NCBI GenBank assembly: GCA_951406725.2
Contig: OX597818.1
Location: forward strand, 62,558,001 to 62,622,000
Source of the DNA: Octopus vulgaris
Lineage: Eukaryota
Direction of reading: 5' to 3'
DNA length: 64,000 nucleotides
Below the pieces are notes generated by a model, which saw only the letters and a program-made list of their open reading frames with translations, did not search any database and had not been told where the DNA came from. The translations under genes and the position numbers were made by a program. Positions 27,071-40,318 of the stretch are shown piece after piece; within the stretch, counting starts at the first letter, position 1; every line of letters starts with the position of its first letter.

Positions 27071-27857
27071 AATGTACTATGAGGATATGATTTAGCATTT
27101 GATATTTTTCAGTACCTATTAAGCGTGAACAATTGAATATTTTAGAGGTACTTTAAATAATCAACACTTCTTAACTATTCACAATAGCGGAATCACGAGC
27201 AAAATCACTCTATTGTACCAATCTGGTATTTAGTGGTCCTCAGCTGCTTACGGAAAGGAAAGTATCAGAGATGTAAAAGGAACCTCTACCGAAACAGTAT
27301 AAAAGAAAAACAACAACATTAGATAAACTGCTAATGACGATACTGGAACAGCCAACTATTCGAGGATTTGACTCAGGGAAGACCAACTGCCAGAGACACA
27401 ATAATTTCCTGCTATAAAGCGACAACAGAACCAATAAAAAATAACTTAAGGCGGTGCTGCAGCATAGCCGCAGTCCTATGACCATTTAAAGGTTAAAATA
27501 ATTTAAATTCCTTAAATTATCCTTCTTGGTAAAGATGGTTTCAAACCAGTCCCATCAACGATGGATTTGTTTTCTCTTCTCAGTCAATGAAATGTCGCAC
27601 TTAAACTGTTAGCTCGACCCGTTGCATAAGGCTGTTTGCGCTAACCTATTCTTCGAAGACCCTCGCATATTTCACCAAATTCTCATATCACGGCTTTATT
27701 CCCCATCGTAATTTCCTCTGTCGCTCATCCAACATCCTCCCTGAAATTTGGATTGTAGTTTTAGTTTCTGCAGAAATCCAATTCATTAATTAACAAAGGG
27801 AATTATATGAAAAACCCAGAATCAGTTCTGCTCTGCATCCCTTTATCCCTCAAACTG

Positions 27858-28232
27858 GTGGAGGCGCAATGGCCCAGTGGTTAGGGCAGCGGACTCGCGG
27901 TTTCGATTCCCAGACCGGGAATTGTGAGTGCTTATTGAGCGAAAACACCTAAGCCTCCACGAGGCTCCGGCAGGGGGTGGTGGTGATCCCTGCTGTACTC
28001 TTTCACCACAACTTTCTCTCACTCTTACTTCCTGTTTCTGTTGTACCTGTATTTCAAAGGGCCGGCCTTGTCACTCTCTGTGTCACGCTCAATATCCCCA
28101 AGAACTACGTTAAGGGTACACGTGTCTGTGGAGTGCTCAGCCACTTACACGTTAATTTCACGAGCAGGCTGTTTCGTTGATTCAGATCAACCGGAACCCT
28201 CATCGTCGTAACCGACGGAGTGCTTCCTTCCC
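27858..28232 (+). mobile_element. SINE family C with an RTE-like 3' tail
   Basis: tRNA head GTGGAGGCGCAATGGCCCAGTGGTTAGGGCAGCGG. Tail CTCATCGTCGTAACCGACGGA resembles the RTE tail at 13805-13830. TSD TATCCCTCAAACT at 27844-27856 and 28233-28245. Confidence 0.9.
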
Positions 28233-28870
28233 TATCCCTCAAACTAACTACACCACGAACCCAACGCATTTTGCACGCGCTCAAACACGTACCCATACAC
28301 GCACACACATTCCCCCATGCACTTCCTGACCAAAGTCCATTGTCTATTTCATATAACCTCTGACATTTGAACTCTTCTTCTAAACTCTATAACTGGTTTC
28401 CTTAATCTGACGTCTCTACCAGAGATAAATATATTTCCGATATAGATTCTATTATTCCGTAAATTACATTTTCCCGAATTAATTTCCCCCATCCTGGCCC
28501 AAACTCACATGCACCAACACTCGTTCAACTCTTCCAGCCTTTGTATTTTGTTCATTCCATATAAACTGTGACGTATGAACTCTTCATTTAAACAATAACA
28601 CATTTCGACCCATGTATCTAATCACCTGACAAAACTTGTTCACACACGTAAAGACAAATAATTACAAATACACACAAACACACATCTCCACAAATAAATG
28701 CCGAACTTCAATAAATCAGAGCAAATCGAAATAAATATGTAAGGAAAACATGACCACATCATTACTCCCCTAATAGAATGAAAATACATTACCTAAAACG
28801 GCCATATTATATACTGAAGCACCACATAACAGCTCCATTTTCATTATTCTACATCGCACCAAAAATGATC

Positions 28871-28871
28871 C

Positions 28872-28943
<72 letters not shown>

Positions 28944-29207
28944 GTCTATCTGTCTATCTATCTATCTATCTATCTATCTATGTGTCTGTCTATCTATCTG
29001 TCTGTTTGTCCGTCCGTCTGTTTGTCTGTCTGTCGGTCTGTCTATCTGTCTATTATTTATCTATCTATCTATCTTGCTACCTACCAATCTCTCTCCTTCT
29101 CTCTTTCCCCCCTCTCTCTCTGTCTATCTATCTTTTAATCTATCTATCTTACTACCTACCAATCTCTCTTCCCCTCTTTCACCCCCTTTTTCCTTCTCCC
29201 TCTCTCG

Positions 29208-29262
<55 letters not shown>
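28871..29262. repeat. (CTAT)n/(CTGT)n compound microsatellite
   Basis: Direct reading. Confidence 0.9.
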
Positions 29263-29264
<2 letters not shown>

Positions 29265-29778
29265 GCTACATACCAATCTCTTTCCCCCTGTCTCCCTCCC
29301 TCTCTCTATCTGAATGGATTGTTGACACATCGGTTCCTCGTAAGTTTGATTTATTTGCAAACAATTGTTTGTTTTCAAACATCTTTTGTCAAAGAGATGT
29401 TAAACATCTTCTGCTTCGACCTAAGCAAATCTGTTGCTAGAATATTCACCCTAAGGGTGAATTTTCCAAATTAAAAATTTTTCATCAGCTTTTGTTTTGT
29501 CATTTTCACTTATAAAATGGTTAAATGTGACGGAGAAGCCAGCATTTGTTTTAGCGAATTCCCCCCGCTTCCGAAAGCCAGGGAAGGTAAAAACAACATC
29601 AATTCACTTGCTCATACAAACACAAACACACACACACATACACACACACACAAAACTCACACACACAACTGAACGATGCAATCACACACGAGAACGCCAT
29701 GTCTGGCCGTAGAAAATATGAACACGGAAAGCTGTATGAATAAAGACGGACTAAAGACAACAACGCTTACTACTACAA

Positions 29779-29783
29779 ACACC

Positions 29784-29815
<32 letters not shown>

Positions 29816-30610
29816 CAACACCGCCACTACCACCACCACCGCCACTGCCACCACCACCACCACCGCCACTACCACGACGACGACGACGACCACCACCACC
29901 ACCACTACCGCCACTACCACCGCCACCACCACCACCACCACCACCACCACCACCACCACGACGACGACGACGACCACCACCACCACCACTACCGCCACTA
30001 CCACCGCCACCACCACCACCACCACCACCGCCACTACCACGACGACGACGACGACCACCACCACCACCACCACTACCGCCACTACCACCGCCACCACCAC
30101 CACCACCACCACCACCGCCACTACCACGACGACGACGACGACCACCACCACCACCACTACCGCCACTACCACCGCCACCACCACCACCACCACCACCACT
30201 ACCACGACGACGACGACGACCACCACCACCACCACTACCGCCACCACCACCACCACACCACCACCACCACCACCATCACTACCACGACGACGACGACGAC
30301 CACCACCACCACCACCACCATAACTACCACCACCACCATCACCACCACCACTACAGCCACCACCACCACCGTCACTACCACCATCACCACCACCACCACC
30401 ATCGCCACCACCACCACCACCACCACCACCACCACCACCACCACCACCACCACCACCACCACCACCGCCACTACCACGACGACGACGACGACCACCACCA
30501 CCACCACTACCGCCACTACCACCGCCGCCGCCACCACCACCACCACCACCACCACCCACCACCACTGCAACCACCACCACTACCACCACCACCACCACCA
30601 CCACCACCAC
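29779..30610. repeat. (ACC)n array with higher-order variant units (GCC-ACT-ACC-(ACG)5)
   Basis: Recurring GCCACTACCACGACGACGACGACGACCACCACC blocks. Confidence 0.9.
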
Positions 30611-30812
30611 AAATAACACGAACATGCAAAACAATTTTGAAGAAAAAAAAAATCAAGTCCTTTTCAACGGAAGAACTGCTTGCTTGCAAAACAATGCTAT
30701 AAAATGAAGAACACATCGTACAAATGCAAACACCTGAAAAGATTATCGAAGACATTAAAAAAAAACAAAACAAAAAACAATCATGTACAAAACACATAAC
30801 ATAAAAATAAAA

Positions 30813-31004
30813 TAGTTCCATATTTAAGAGATGAGGAATTATGTACATTATTCACCTTATTTACATTATTTACATTTGACGGATATTTGTCCTCATCTTG
30901 TTTGCTGTTTACATAACGTTTTGGCTGATACACCCTCCAGCGTTCATCCGATGTCTTTTGGGGAAATTTCGAATCTGGGTTCTCATTGCTAAGGTATTTT
31001 TCGA

Positions 31005-31008
<4 letters not shown>
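30813..31008 (-). mobile_element. Family H Penelope-type 3' part with a decayed hammerhead
   Basis: Minus strand AAGACAT-CGGATGA-ACGCTG-GAGGGTGTAT-CAGCC-AAAACGTT-ATGT. Preceded on that strand by an expanded (AAT)n at 31007-31245. Confidence 0.75.
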
Positions 31009-31076
<68 letters not shown>

Positions 31077-31078
31077 CA

Positions 31079-31118
<40 letters not shown>

Positions 31119-31135
31119 GATTGTTATGATTACTA

Positions 31136-31209
<74 letters not shown>

Positions 31210-31245
31210 GTCATTATTATTATTATTCTTATTGCTGTTGTTGTT

Positions 31246-31410
31246 GTCACACACACACACATATACGACGGGCTTTTTCAGTTTCCATCTATCAAATTCA
31301 CTCACAAGACTTAGGTCGGCCCGAGGCAATAGTAGAAGACACTTGCCCAAGGAATCAGGCAGTGGCACTGAACCCGGAACCATGTGGTTTGGAAGCAAGC
31401 TACTTACCAT
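31246..31410 (-). mobile_element. CORE-type SINE 5' half (family D)
   Basis: Minus strand GGTAAGTAGCTTGCTTCCAAACCACATGGTTCCGGGTTCAGT...CTTGGGCAAGTGTCTTCT. Confidence 0.8.
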
Positions 31411-31459
31411 ACATATGACTATATTTATAATTTTAAATATATTGTTTATTTTAATCATT

Positions 31460-31832
31460 TTAAAAATTTCAGTTATTAGACTGCAGCCATGCTGAAGGCA
31501 CCACCCGAAAGGGTTTTAGTCGAACAAATGGAGCTTAGAAGCTATTCATTTTTAAGCTTATTCTGTTGGTGTCTTTTACCGCACCGCTACGTTACGGGGA
31601 CGTAAATACAGTAGTAAGGGTTCTCATGCGGTGAGAGGAAACAATCACATAAACACATGCATAAGCTCGCCCAGGCATACCACTTCAGTTTTCGTCTACA
31701 ATATCCACCGACAAGGGCTTGGTCGGCCCGAAGCTAAAGTAGAAGACATTTGTCCAAGGTGCTACGCAGTGAAATGGAACCCGGAACCAAGCAATTGAAA
31801 AGCAAACGTCTTACTACACAGCCCTGCCTGCG
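31460..31832 (-). mobile_element. Diverged full-length CORE-type SINE (family D)
   Basis: Colinear with 39711-40141 from head to the GGCGGTGC-type tail. Confidence 0.7.
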
Positions 31833-33117
31833 TCTGTACGTGTATTTTTAAGATGTTTATCGTACACATTAGCGCGTATAACGGAGGAAATTGCTTGCAG
31901 CTTCATGTTCAGAAGAAAAAAAATCTAATCAACATTAAAACGGTGTAATTAATTATGTAAAAGGCGGAGTGGAAGTCTTTAGGATATTCATGGATTGACA
32001 ATTACAAGTAACAGAAAACAAAAAAAGAGTCTAATAAACAGCGATTCCTAGTAGCGTTGCAAATGCATTTCAATTCACAGAATGTTTATAAATCTCAATA
32101 CAGCAGTCATTTTGCCACCTCTTCTTAGACCTAACAACATATCTAACAACGTATTTATTATTTTCGTTGCCTCTGTTGTCTCTACCGACCTAAGCGTCGT
32201 ATTTTATCAGTTTTTACAGACAGTTTTATCCCACTGGAATTTTCCTTCCATCTGTCCATCTGTCTTCAACAGCTATCAACTTGCAGCTGCTCAACAACGT
32301 CATCTTCGATCAAACTAGTCTCTGCGGACCTGCAAAAGCCACCAGCACAACCGCTCATAATATAATAACAGAAATTATACAAAACAATAAAATAATGTTT
32401 TTTTTTCACCACTATATTATTTGCTCTGCTAGAAATTCTTATAAGAAAATAACAGCTGTTTAAAAGTTAAAAACTTAAATTACATAGTTTTGAGAGAATC
32501 TTTGCTTGAAGGCAACTGCAAATATATCGAATAATATAAATAGAAATGATACTGATTTTAAATGAGGTTAATCTTGTTTAATTTTTGTTTCCCGTAATAT
32601 CTTAATTCGACAAATTATCTTCTTTTTGCTGTTGAAAATAAACCCGAGTGTATCAGTACACGTATAACAATGTCTGAATTCACATAGAAATTGTTTGAAT
32701 GGATTCCCGGATAAAAAGATACATATATTTCTGCGTCCAATATTTTCCACAATAACCTAATTCAAATAATGGAAATATATGACAACTGGTTTGATCTTAA
32801 CCTACCATTGAAATATATGCAATATTTTACTACGGTGAAATGACCAGAATTCTATTGTTGTCTCTCTTGGGATCTTTGACTTCAGTTTCTGATCTCTCAA
32901 GAAAGGTTAATTATTCAAATGATATTCATAGCAGTAGACTCTAGCAAGCATACAAGTTACTTTGTTCGACCTACGATTCCTCAAATATATTCCCAGAGTA
33001 TGTTGAGGAATTTCTTATCTCGAAGATTTTCGCATTGAAGAATAATTTTATTATTAACGAACCACTGTCGATATACATACATGCATACATATATATATAT
33101 ATATATATACATACGTA

Positions 33118-33170
<53 letters not shown>

Positions 33171-34084
33171 CATATATATATGTATATATATATAGATAGA
33201 TATAGTTAGGTATATGAATAATTATATATGCATATATATATAAATATATATAAGTGTGTGTGTGTGTGTATTTACACGAACACAAACACTCGAACACATA
33301 CGTATATATATATATACAAGACAGACATGTTGTTATTAATATTTTCATTCTATTATATTTTCATTATTCATATTTGATAGGTATCTTGTCCATCAGGGCA
33401 CAACACACACCCAGCTTTGTTTCTAATAGAATTCAAGGTCATTTTCTCACATTGCAATCATAGAAGATAAAAGACAAAAATTACTTTTTACTTATAATCT
33501 AACACTAAAATTAAAATTAAACCAGATTTGTGTGAGCGAACGAGAATTGTTCTTTTATAATTGCTCCACCAAAACATTAAAAGGAGAATATAGTAAGGTT
33601 GAAAATATTTGAAGAATGCTATCTTTTTATTTTTTCGGTATCAGGTTTCCTAAAGTTAATATCACATTATTCTTCAACATTTATCTGCCAGCATGACTGC
33701 ATTTTCTCTTCAACATGCGTATGTTCCAAACTGCCTGTAGTGTTGTTTTCATTTGCACAACGAAATTTAATTCTTTAAACATGGTGAAACTTTTAAATAA
33801 TAATATTCCTTAATCCTAAAAGTTTGCTATATTCATGTGTGCGTGTGTATGTGTGTAGGGTTATTTTCTAAATTAAGTATGATTTTGCTTATTTGCATAA
33901 AGAAGCCGATATGTATATGTTAGTTAATTAGTTCGTTGAATTCTTTTCGCGATGCTTTATACCTCATATATACATACATACATTTTCAAGATTGTTTCCT
34001 TCTCAGAAGGGGCCTTTGCACCTAAAATATAACGGTTTTCGTAAAACTGTGTCGTTAGCAGTTTTCCTATTTTGCCTTATCTTT

Positions 34085-34245
<161 letters not shown>

Positions 34246-34795
34246 GAGTGAGAGAGCAGTGCATGCCATCAAAGTGACACTGGGGTAAAATATACGGAAC
34301 CCAGTATACCCATCATGACTGATAAGAGTACACTAGGCACATGCATCACAACCATATGTGCACGACATGGTTATCTCATATCAAGATAAACAGCATATGA
34401 CCCTGCAGGTGGGGCCCAGTTAGAATTTTCTTCAGGTCGAGTAACCCATCCCGCTCAAAAGGTCCCTGAATAAGGGTTGTTTAAGGATGTTGAACGAAAC
34501 ACCCATGTTTCCAGAGGTGAATTATTCAAACCCCAAAGAATCCCTCTCAACACATGGCTATGATGCTCCCCCACTACTTCTGCTCGTGATCAGAGATGTA
34601 CATATCGTCAGCCACTAAGGGACATGCTCAACTGGTTAAGGTCAAACAACTGACAAGCAAATCTGTGGTATTGAGCAGAATATTTGCTGTAGCCCATCTT
34701 TTATACCAAGACAAAACAATGTACATGATAACACTTCCAATCAGTTAAGATCAGCAGCCACGAGAGCCACTGTCTGGTACTGCATCTGGGCATTT
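34246..34795 (-). mobile_element. (TAA)n-flanked non-coding retroelement, copy 1 (possibly R4/Dong-mobilised)
   Basis: On the minus strand it ends GCTCTCTCACTC followed by (AAT)n. It is an inverted copy of 34992-35460 with ~90 bp of extra 5' sequence. Confidence 0.7.
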
Positions 34796-34844
34796 TTTCT
34801 TCTTCTTCTTCATCATCTTCTTCTTCTTCTTCTTCTTCTTATTA

Positions 34845-34927
34845 TTCAGATCACTACCTGGAATCGAACTCGGAATCTTGGGGTTAGTAGCCCGCAATCT
34901 TAACCACTACGCCATATGCCCATGGGC

Positions 34928-34930
<3 letters not shown>
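34845..34930 (-). mobile_element. Family H tRNA-derived head
   Basis: Minus strand GGGCATA-TGGCGTAGTGG...GGG-CTACTAA-CCC...GAGTTCGATTCC, homologous to 537-620. Perfect 16 bp palindrome TATGCCCATGGGCATA at 34915-34930. Confidence 0.8.
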
Positions 34931-34991
<61 letters not shown>

Positions 34992-35460
34992 GTATAAAAG
35001 ATGGGCTACAGCAAATATTCTGCTCAATACCACAGATTTGCTTGTCAGTTGTTTGACCTTAACCAGTTGAGCATGTCCCTTAGTGGCTGACGATATGTGC
35101 ATCTCTGATCACGAGCAGAAGTAGTGGGGGAGCATCATAGCCATGTGTTGAGAGGGATTCTTTGGGGTTTGAATAATTCACCTCTGGAAACATGGGTGGT
35201 TCTTTCAACAACCTTAAACAACCCTTATTCAGGGACCTTTTGAGCGGGATGGGCTACTCAACCTGAAGAAAATTCTAACTGGGCCCCACCTGCAAGGTCA
35301 TGTGCTGTTTATCTTGATATGATATCACCATGTCGCGCACATATGGTTGTGATGCATGTGCCTGGTGTAACTTTATCAGACGGGTAGTCATGATGGGTAT
35401 ATTGGGCTTCGTATATTTTACCCCAGTGTCACTTTGATGGCATGAACTGCTCTCTCACTC
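34992..35460 (+). mobile_element. (TAA)n-flanked non-coding retroelement, copy 2 (5'-truncated)
   Basis: (TAA)n on both sides. Closely similar to the reverse complement of 34246-34706. Confidence 0.75.
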
Positions 35461-35808
35461 AATAATAATAATAATAATTAATACTGGCACTGTTTTGGTA
35501 TTACGTGTCAAAATTGAAAGAGTAGCTTTCATTCTTTCAGTTTTAACTCTGATGTGATCAACCTATAATGTTGTTTCTGTTTTGTTCTTTCACTTTTTTA
35601 TTCCGATGTCTAAGATCGTCTTCCGTTGATTGATATAACGAACGGCTGGAGGCGAATCTCTTGATAAAGAAACAATATGGTGGCAGGTCAATCGTATATA
35701 AAAATACAAATTTACCGTCCAATTACGAATTAGTAATTATCGCATAGATTAAAAGTTTGCAAGGTATTTCCAATTACATATTTACCTTTCAATTAATAAC
35801 ACACGTGC

Positions 35809-35864
<56 letters not shown>

Positions 35865-36081
35865 AAGAAATTTATCTATAATAATTAATGTGGCATTTAT
35901 CGCTAAATTAGCAGTTCATACATGTGCATCTATTTAGTTAATTTGCTTATATTTGGTTAATTTATCCTGCATGCAAATATTAAGACATACTACATACATA
36001 CAACTGCTTACAAAAATAGAGATTAATATAAAATGTTTTCTATGTTCACAATTTTATGTTTATAATATTAGAAAAAAATAT

Positions 36082-36690
36082 ATGCCGGCAAATAAAAGAC
36101 GTACTCTCTCCAGAAACAAGAATCACGCAAAGCGAACTGTAGAAGACCGAAGGCGACAGTCTTAAGACAGAAGGGAGATGAGGCTTTCTGAAGATCAGCA
36201 AACGTATGCTACAGCACAGGCGATGGAGTATCAATACAGAAGGAAGATGAGACCTTCCCAAGATCAGCAAATGCATGATGCAGCACATAAAATGTAGTCT
36301 CAAGAGCTAAGTTGAGATGAGACTTTCTCAAGATCACCGAAGGCATACGGGAGCACGTCAAATGGAGTCTCAATGCTGAAGTGAGATGAGACATTCCCAA
36401 GGTCGGCAAAGATATGCCGCAACACGTCAGATGGATTTTTAAGACAGAAGTGAGATAAACTTTGCCGAAGTTCAACAAAGGCATGCTGCAGTATTTGATG
36501 TTGAATCAATTAAATAACGTTTTAATGATTAGACACAAGTCTAATGTAACATCTCTCAGAAACAGACCATGTACAAATTTGTTCTCCACGACTCCAACAG
36601 CTACTTTCAGATATGTTCCATCCCATTCTTATAAAAATAATAATTTTGTCCAAATTGGTGTGCTAAATTCAAATTACCATTTCTGCCAAT
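36082..36690 (+). pseudogene. Decayed Helitron RepHel N-terminus with 23-aa STPR-like repeats
   Basis: Start MPANKRRTLSRNKNHAKR; about five ~69 bp repeats of consensus EMRLSQDQQRHAAARQMESQ; then ATFRYVPSHSY...VQIGVLNSNYHFCQ, matching the RepHel AF.YDP..DY.....IG.M...C..C motif. Contains stops and frameshifts. Confidence 0.7.
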
Positions 36691-36912
36691 TTTCCATGAC
36701 AGGTCTGGGCCTGGAATACTCCAGACGGACACGTGACATGTCACTTAATCTAATTAGCTCATAATTTACTCCACAAATGTTTTGTCGTCAATGCTGTACT
36801 TTCCCGTATCACCTGTTTCAACATAACTGTAAGATATATTTACGAACTTTGCCGTTTTAATCCCAAGCAACGCCGACTACCTATGCTTGTGTGCACATAC
36901 ATACATAATACA

Positions 36913-36943
<31 letters not shown>

Positions 36944-36959
36944 GTATGTATATATATTT

Positions 36960-37185
36960 CTTCCTTAATTCACTCATTTGACTGCAGTCATGCTGGAGTA
37001 CCGCTCGAGGGGTTGTTAATGGAACAAACAAACTTCAGGACATATTGTTAATCCTAGTACTTATTCGCTCCGTAGTACTTATTCGCTATGCAGAACCACT
37101 AAGTACGGGTACGTAAACACACCTACATTGTTTGTCAACCGTTGATGTGAGACGAGAAACACAAACACAAAGAACGCACACACAT
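36960..37185 (-). mobile_element. Family D SINE 3' half
   Basis: CATTTGACTGCAGTCATGCTGGAGTACCGC...GTAAACACACC. Confidence 0.7.
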
Positions 37186-37191
37186 GCATAC

Positions 37192-37222
<31 letters not shown>

Positions 37223-37539
37223 CATAATACACGAATATTTAACATAATCAGGTGCTTCACAAGTGCACATACTAGGCATGGTGGCAAGCAATAAGGAAAG
37301 AAACACAGCATATATGTTGTAAGAGAGGAAGAATCATAGAGATGGAGGACGAGGAGCAGGTGAAAGATCTGGAGTAAACTTTAGGGTAGTTATGGGTTTG
37401 ATTATACAAATGAGAAAATTGTCTCATTTTATTTTGAAATATTACATTTTTCTGCTGAAAATCTAACGTTCACTTTATTTTTGTTTTCTTTTGTATTACC
37501 ATCAAGAAATATGGTAAATGTGAAATTATACTTTATATT

Positions 37540-37859
37540 GTGGAGGCGCAATGGCCCAGCGGTTAGAGCAGCGGACTCGCGGTCGCAGGATCGTGGTTTC
37601 GATTCCCAGACCGGGCGTTGTGTGTGTTTATTGAGCGAAAACGCCTAAAGCTCCACCAGGCTCCGGCGATGGGTTGGTAGTGACCCCTGTTGTATTCTTT
37701 CGCCCCAACTTCCTCTCGCTCTTTCTTCCTGATTCTTGAGTAACGCTGCGATGGACTGGCATCCTGTCCAGCTGGGGGGGACACACATACGCCACAGAAA
37801 CCGGGAAATCGGGTCCATGAGCTTGGCTAGGCTTGAAAAGGGCGCATAAATAAATAAAA
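37540..37859 (+). mobile_element. SINE family C with a CTGCGATGGACTGGCATCCTGTCCAG-type body and tail
   Basis: tRNA head. TSD ATACTTT(A/C)TATTG at 37528-37540 and 37860-37872. Confidence 0.9.
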
Positions 37860-39031
37860 ATACTTTCTATTGCATGCCATATTTTTTGATATTGCAAGAA
37901 ATAGCTCATGCGTATTTCGTAAGTTTCCTCTCTTGAGACGGGTAATAATCAGTTCTTTTTCTATAGGGAGAAAGCATGATATTTCGTTGAAGGGCCTTGT
38001 TTATTTTATTAATCCCAGTACATGATTGTTACATACTTCATCGAGCCCGAAGGATGAAAGACAAAGTCGATTTCGGAGATATTTGAACACAGAACGTAAA
38101 ACCAGAAAAATACTGGAACATAGTGTTCGGTATGGTTACCACTTCACTAGTTTGCACCCTTAGTCTTCTTGAATGATGAATAATATAATATCTTAAATAT
38201 AGGAAAATATTTTCCATCGATCTTACCATTCTTCATTCTTCAGTTACTCACAGAATCAGGTGAGTATTTCTGATTAGATCTCAATTAATATGAAATTTCT
38301 ATGTTTCTTGATCATTAAATCGAAGATGTCACACATCGGTAGATTTGTACCTTCTCAAATCCAATATGTCGCCTACCGCCTAAGTACTTAATTCCTTATT
38401 TAAGGACAGTCACACATCAATCAAGTAATTACACTCTAAATTAGGGACGCTTCACATCAACGAAATAACTAATCACCAAAAAGATAATTAAGGCTGCCAC
38501 TCCTCACTAAAATTCTCTGGCTTCAAATTGAAGATGCTCTATTCAACCATTCACTTAATCTCTAATTATGGCTGAAATTGTGGCAACCACAAATTAATGT
38601 TACAAAAACAAAATACAATTCACAAACATATTTATGTATCGATTGCAATAATGATGCACATTTTTTTTCTCTCCAAAACATTCGGAAATGGTTTTAGTAA
38701 TGGGGTCATGAAATCGCTAAGATTAATTTCATTTCCTGTTCTTATTTGAAAATAGGTTACGTCAAATTAAATATCATTTATTAAAAAAATACTTTTAGTT
38801 TGTTCCGATTGGGGAAGAATAAATAAATAAATAGTGAATATCAAAACTTGATGCAAAGCATAAAAAAAAATCGATCTGTGATTTTCATCCTCGCACTCGC
38901 ACTTAGACTTTAAATATTATTAATACGGACTGATTATAGCAATAAGTTATTATTTTCGTATTTTCTGCATCGTAGGCTGAAGAAAGTGGCAAATGTGGAG
39001 CGTTACAACTGTTCTAAAACAGCTCCTCCTT

Positions 39032-39065
<34 letters not shown>

Positions 39066-39124
39066 TTTTTCTCGTATTGCATCTCCATGACTATCCTTGT
39101 TGTTTTCTTAATACAGCAGATTAT

Positions 39125-39335
39125 GGCAGCGAGTTAGGAGGATCTATAACGCATTAGAGAAAATGTTTGGCGCCATTTCTTCTGGCTAAAAGTTCTGAAT
39201 TCAATTTCTCCCGAGGTCCACTCAGCCACTCATATTTTCCGGTTCGATAAATTAAAGGACCAGTCAAGTACTGAGATGAATGCAATCGACTAACTCCCTT
39301 TCCTTGAAATTGCTGGCCTTCTACCAAAATTAGCT
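39125..39335 (+). mobile_element. Degenerate family A-related SINE
   Basis: GGCAGCGAG...GTTCTGAATTCAATT...TCGATAAATTAA...AATTGCTGGCCTT. Confidence 0.6.
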
Positions 39336-39710
39336 CGAAGGAATTAGAAGGAATTATTACAGCCGATTGATTAACAGACACTGCATATACAGTAGGATCG
39401 GTAAAGAAACAGACAAACTAATCTTGCTTTTATTTCTTGCGTCTCATTATATACAGTGTTAAATATGTCACCATAGTCGACTTCAATTTCATTTTTCCAA
39501 CCTCAATAAAAATAAGCGCTAAATAGGTTTTTGAAGTTGACGAATATCACCGCCAATAATATTTGCTGCATAATTTATATATCAGACATATATGTTAGAG
39601 GAACTAAAGACAAAAGGCAGAAGCATCTTTTAGCTTAAGGACGGTGGACGGGAATATCTGTTTTACACAATATGGAAAATAAGAGAATCTGGTAAACATA
39701 CGATAACATA

Positions 39711-40141
39711 GGCCCAGGAGTGGCTGTGTGGTAAGTAGCTTGCTAACCAACCACATGGTTCCGGGTTCAGTCCCACTGCGTGGCATCTTGGGCAAGTGTC
39801 TTCTGTTATAGCCCCGGGCCGACCAATGCCTTGTGAGTGGATTTGGTAGACGGAAACTGAAAGAAGCCCGTCGTATATATGTGTATATATATATATATGT
39901 ATGTATGTATGTGTGTGTGTTTGTGTGTCTGTGTTTGTCCCCCTAGCATTGCTTGACAACCGATGCTGGTGTGTTTACGTCCCCGTCACTTAGCGGTTCG
40001 GCAAAAGAGACCGATAGAATAAGTACTGGGCTTACAAAGAATAAGTCCCGGGGTCGATTTGCTCGACTAAAGGCGGTGCTCCAGCATGGCCGCAGTCAAA
40101 GGACTGAAACAAGTAAAAGAGTAAAAGAGTAAAGAGTAAGA
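39711..40141 (+). mobile_element. Full-length CORE-type SINE (family D)
   Basis: tRNA-like head, CORE-like CTTGGGCAAGTGTCTTCT, internal (TA/TG)n, tail GGCGGTGCTCCAGCATGGCCGCAGTC and (AAAGAGT)n. Confidence 0.9.
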
Positions 40142-40318
40142 GAACCATTCAAGAACCATTCAAATTGACGTTATATAGGAGATGTGGTATGTAATAGAAT
40201 ACGTTGAATTAAAGACAATATACGGTACCAGTGCTAAACTGAAGACCATAGATGGTAACAACGCATGGGCCTTTAAGTTTTGTGTCTAAATATTACGCGG
40301 GAGTTATATCAGTTGATA

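Noticed and set aside
29440-29495. Minus-strand CTGATGA...GAAA followed by the hairpin ATTCACCC-TTA-GGGTGAAT
   Set aside because: Stem II is only A/U, the stem III register is off by one, and there is no stem I pairing; likely chance.
29657-30634. 325 aa poly-Val/Gly and 215 aa poly-Thr ORFs
   Set aside because: They are automatic read-through of an (ACC)n triplet array, with no complex coding flanks or splice support.
32560-33060. Possible decayed PLE coding relic (also 20080-20400)
   Set aside because: No motif could be read convincingly across the stops and frameshifts.
38222-38265. Possible plus-strand micro-exon (pyrimidine tract, CAG...CAG|GTGAGT)
   Set aside because: Splice-like motifs alone are expected by chance in 64 kb, and there are no partner exons.
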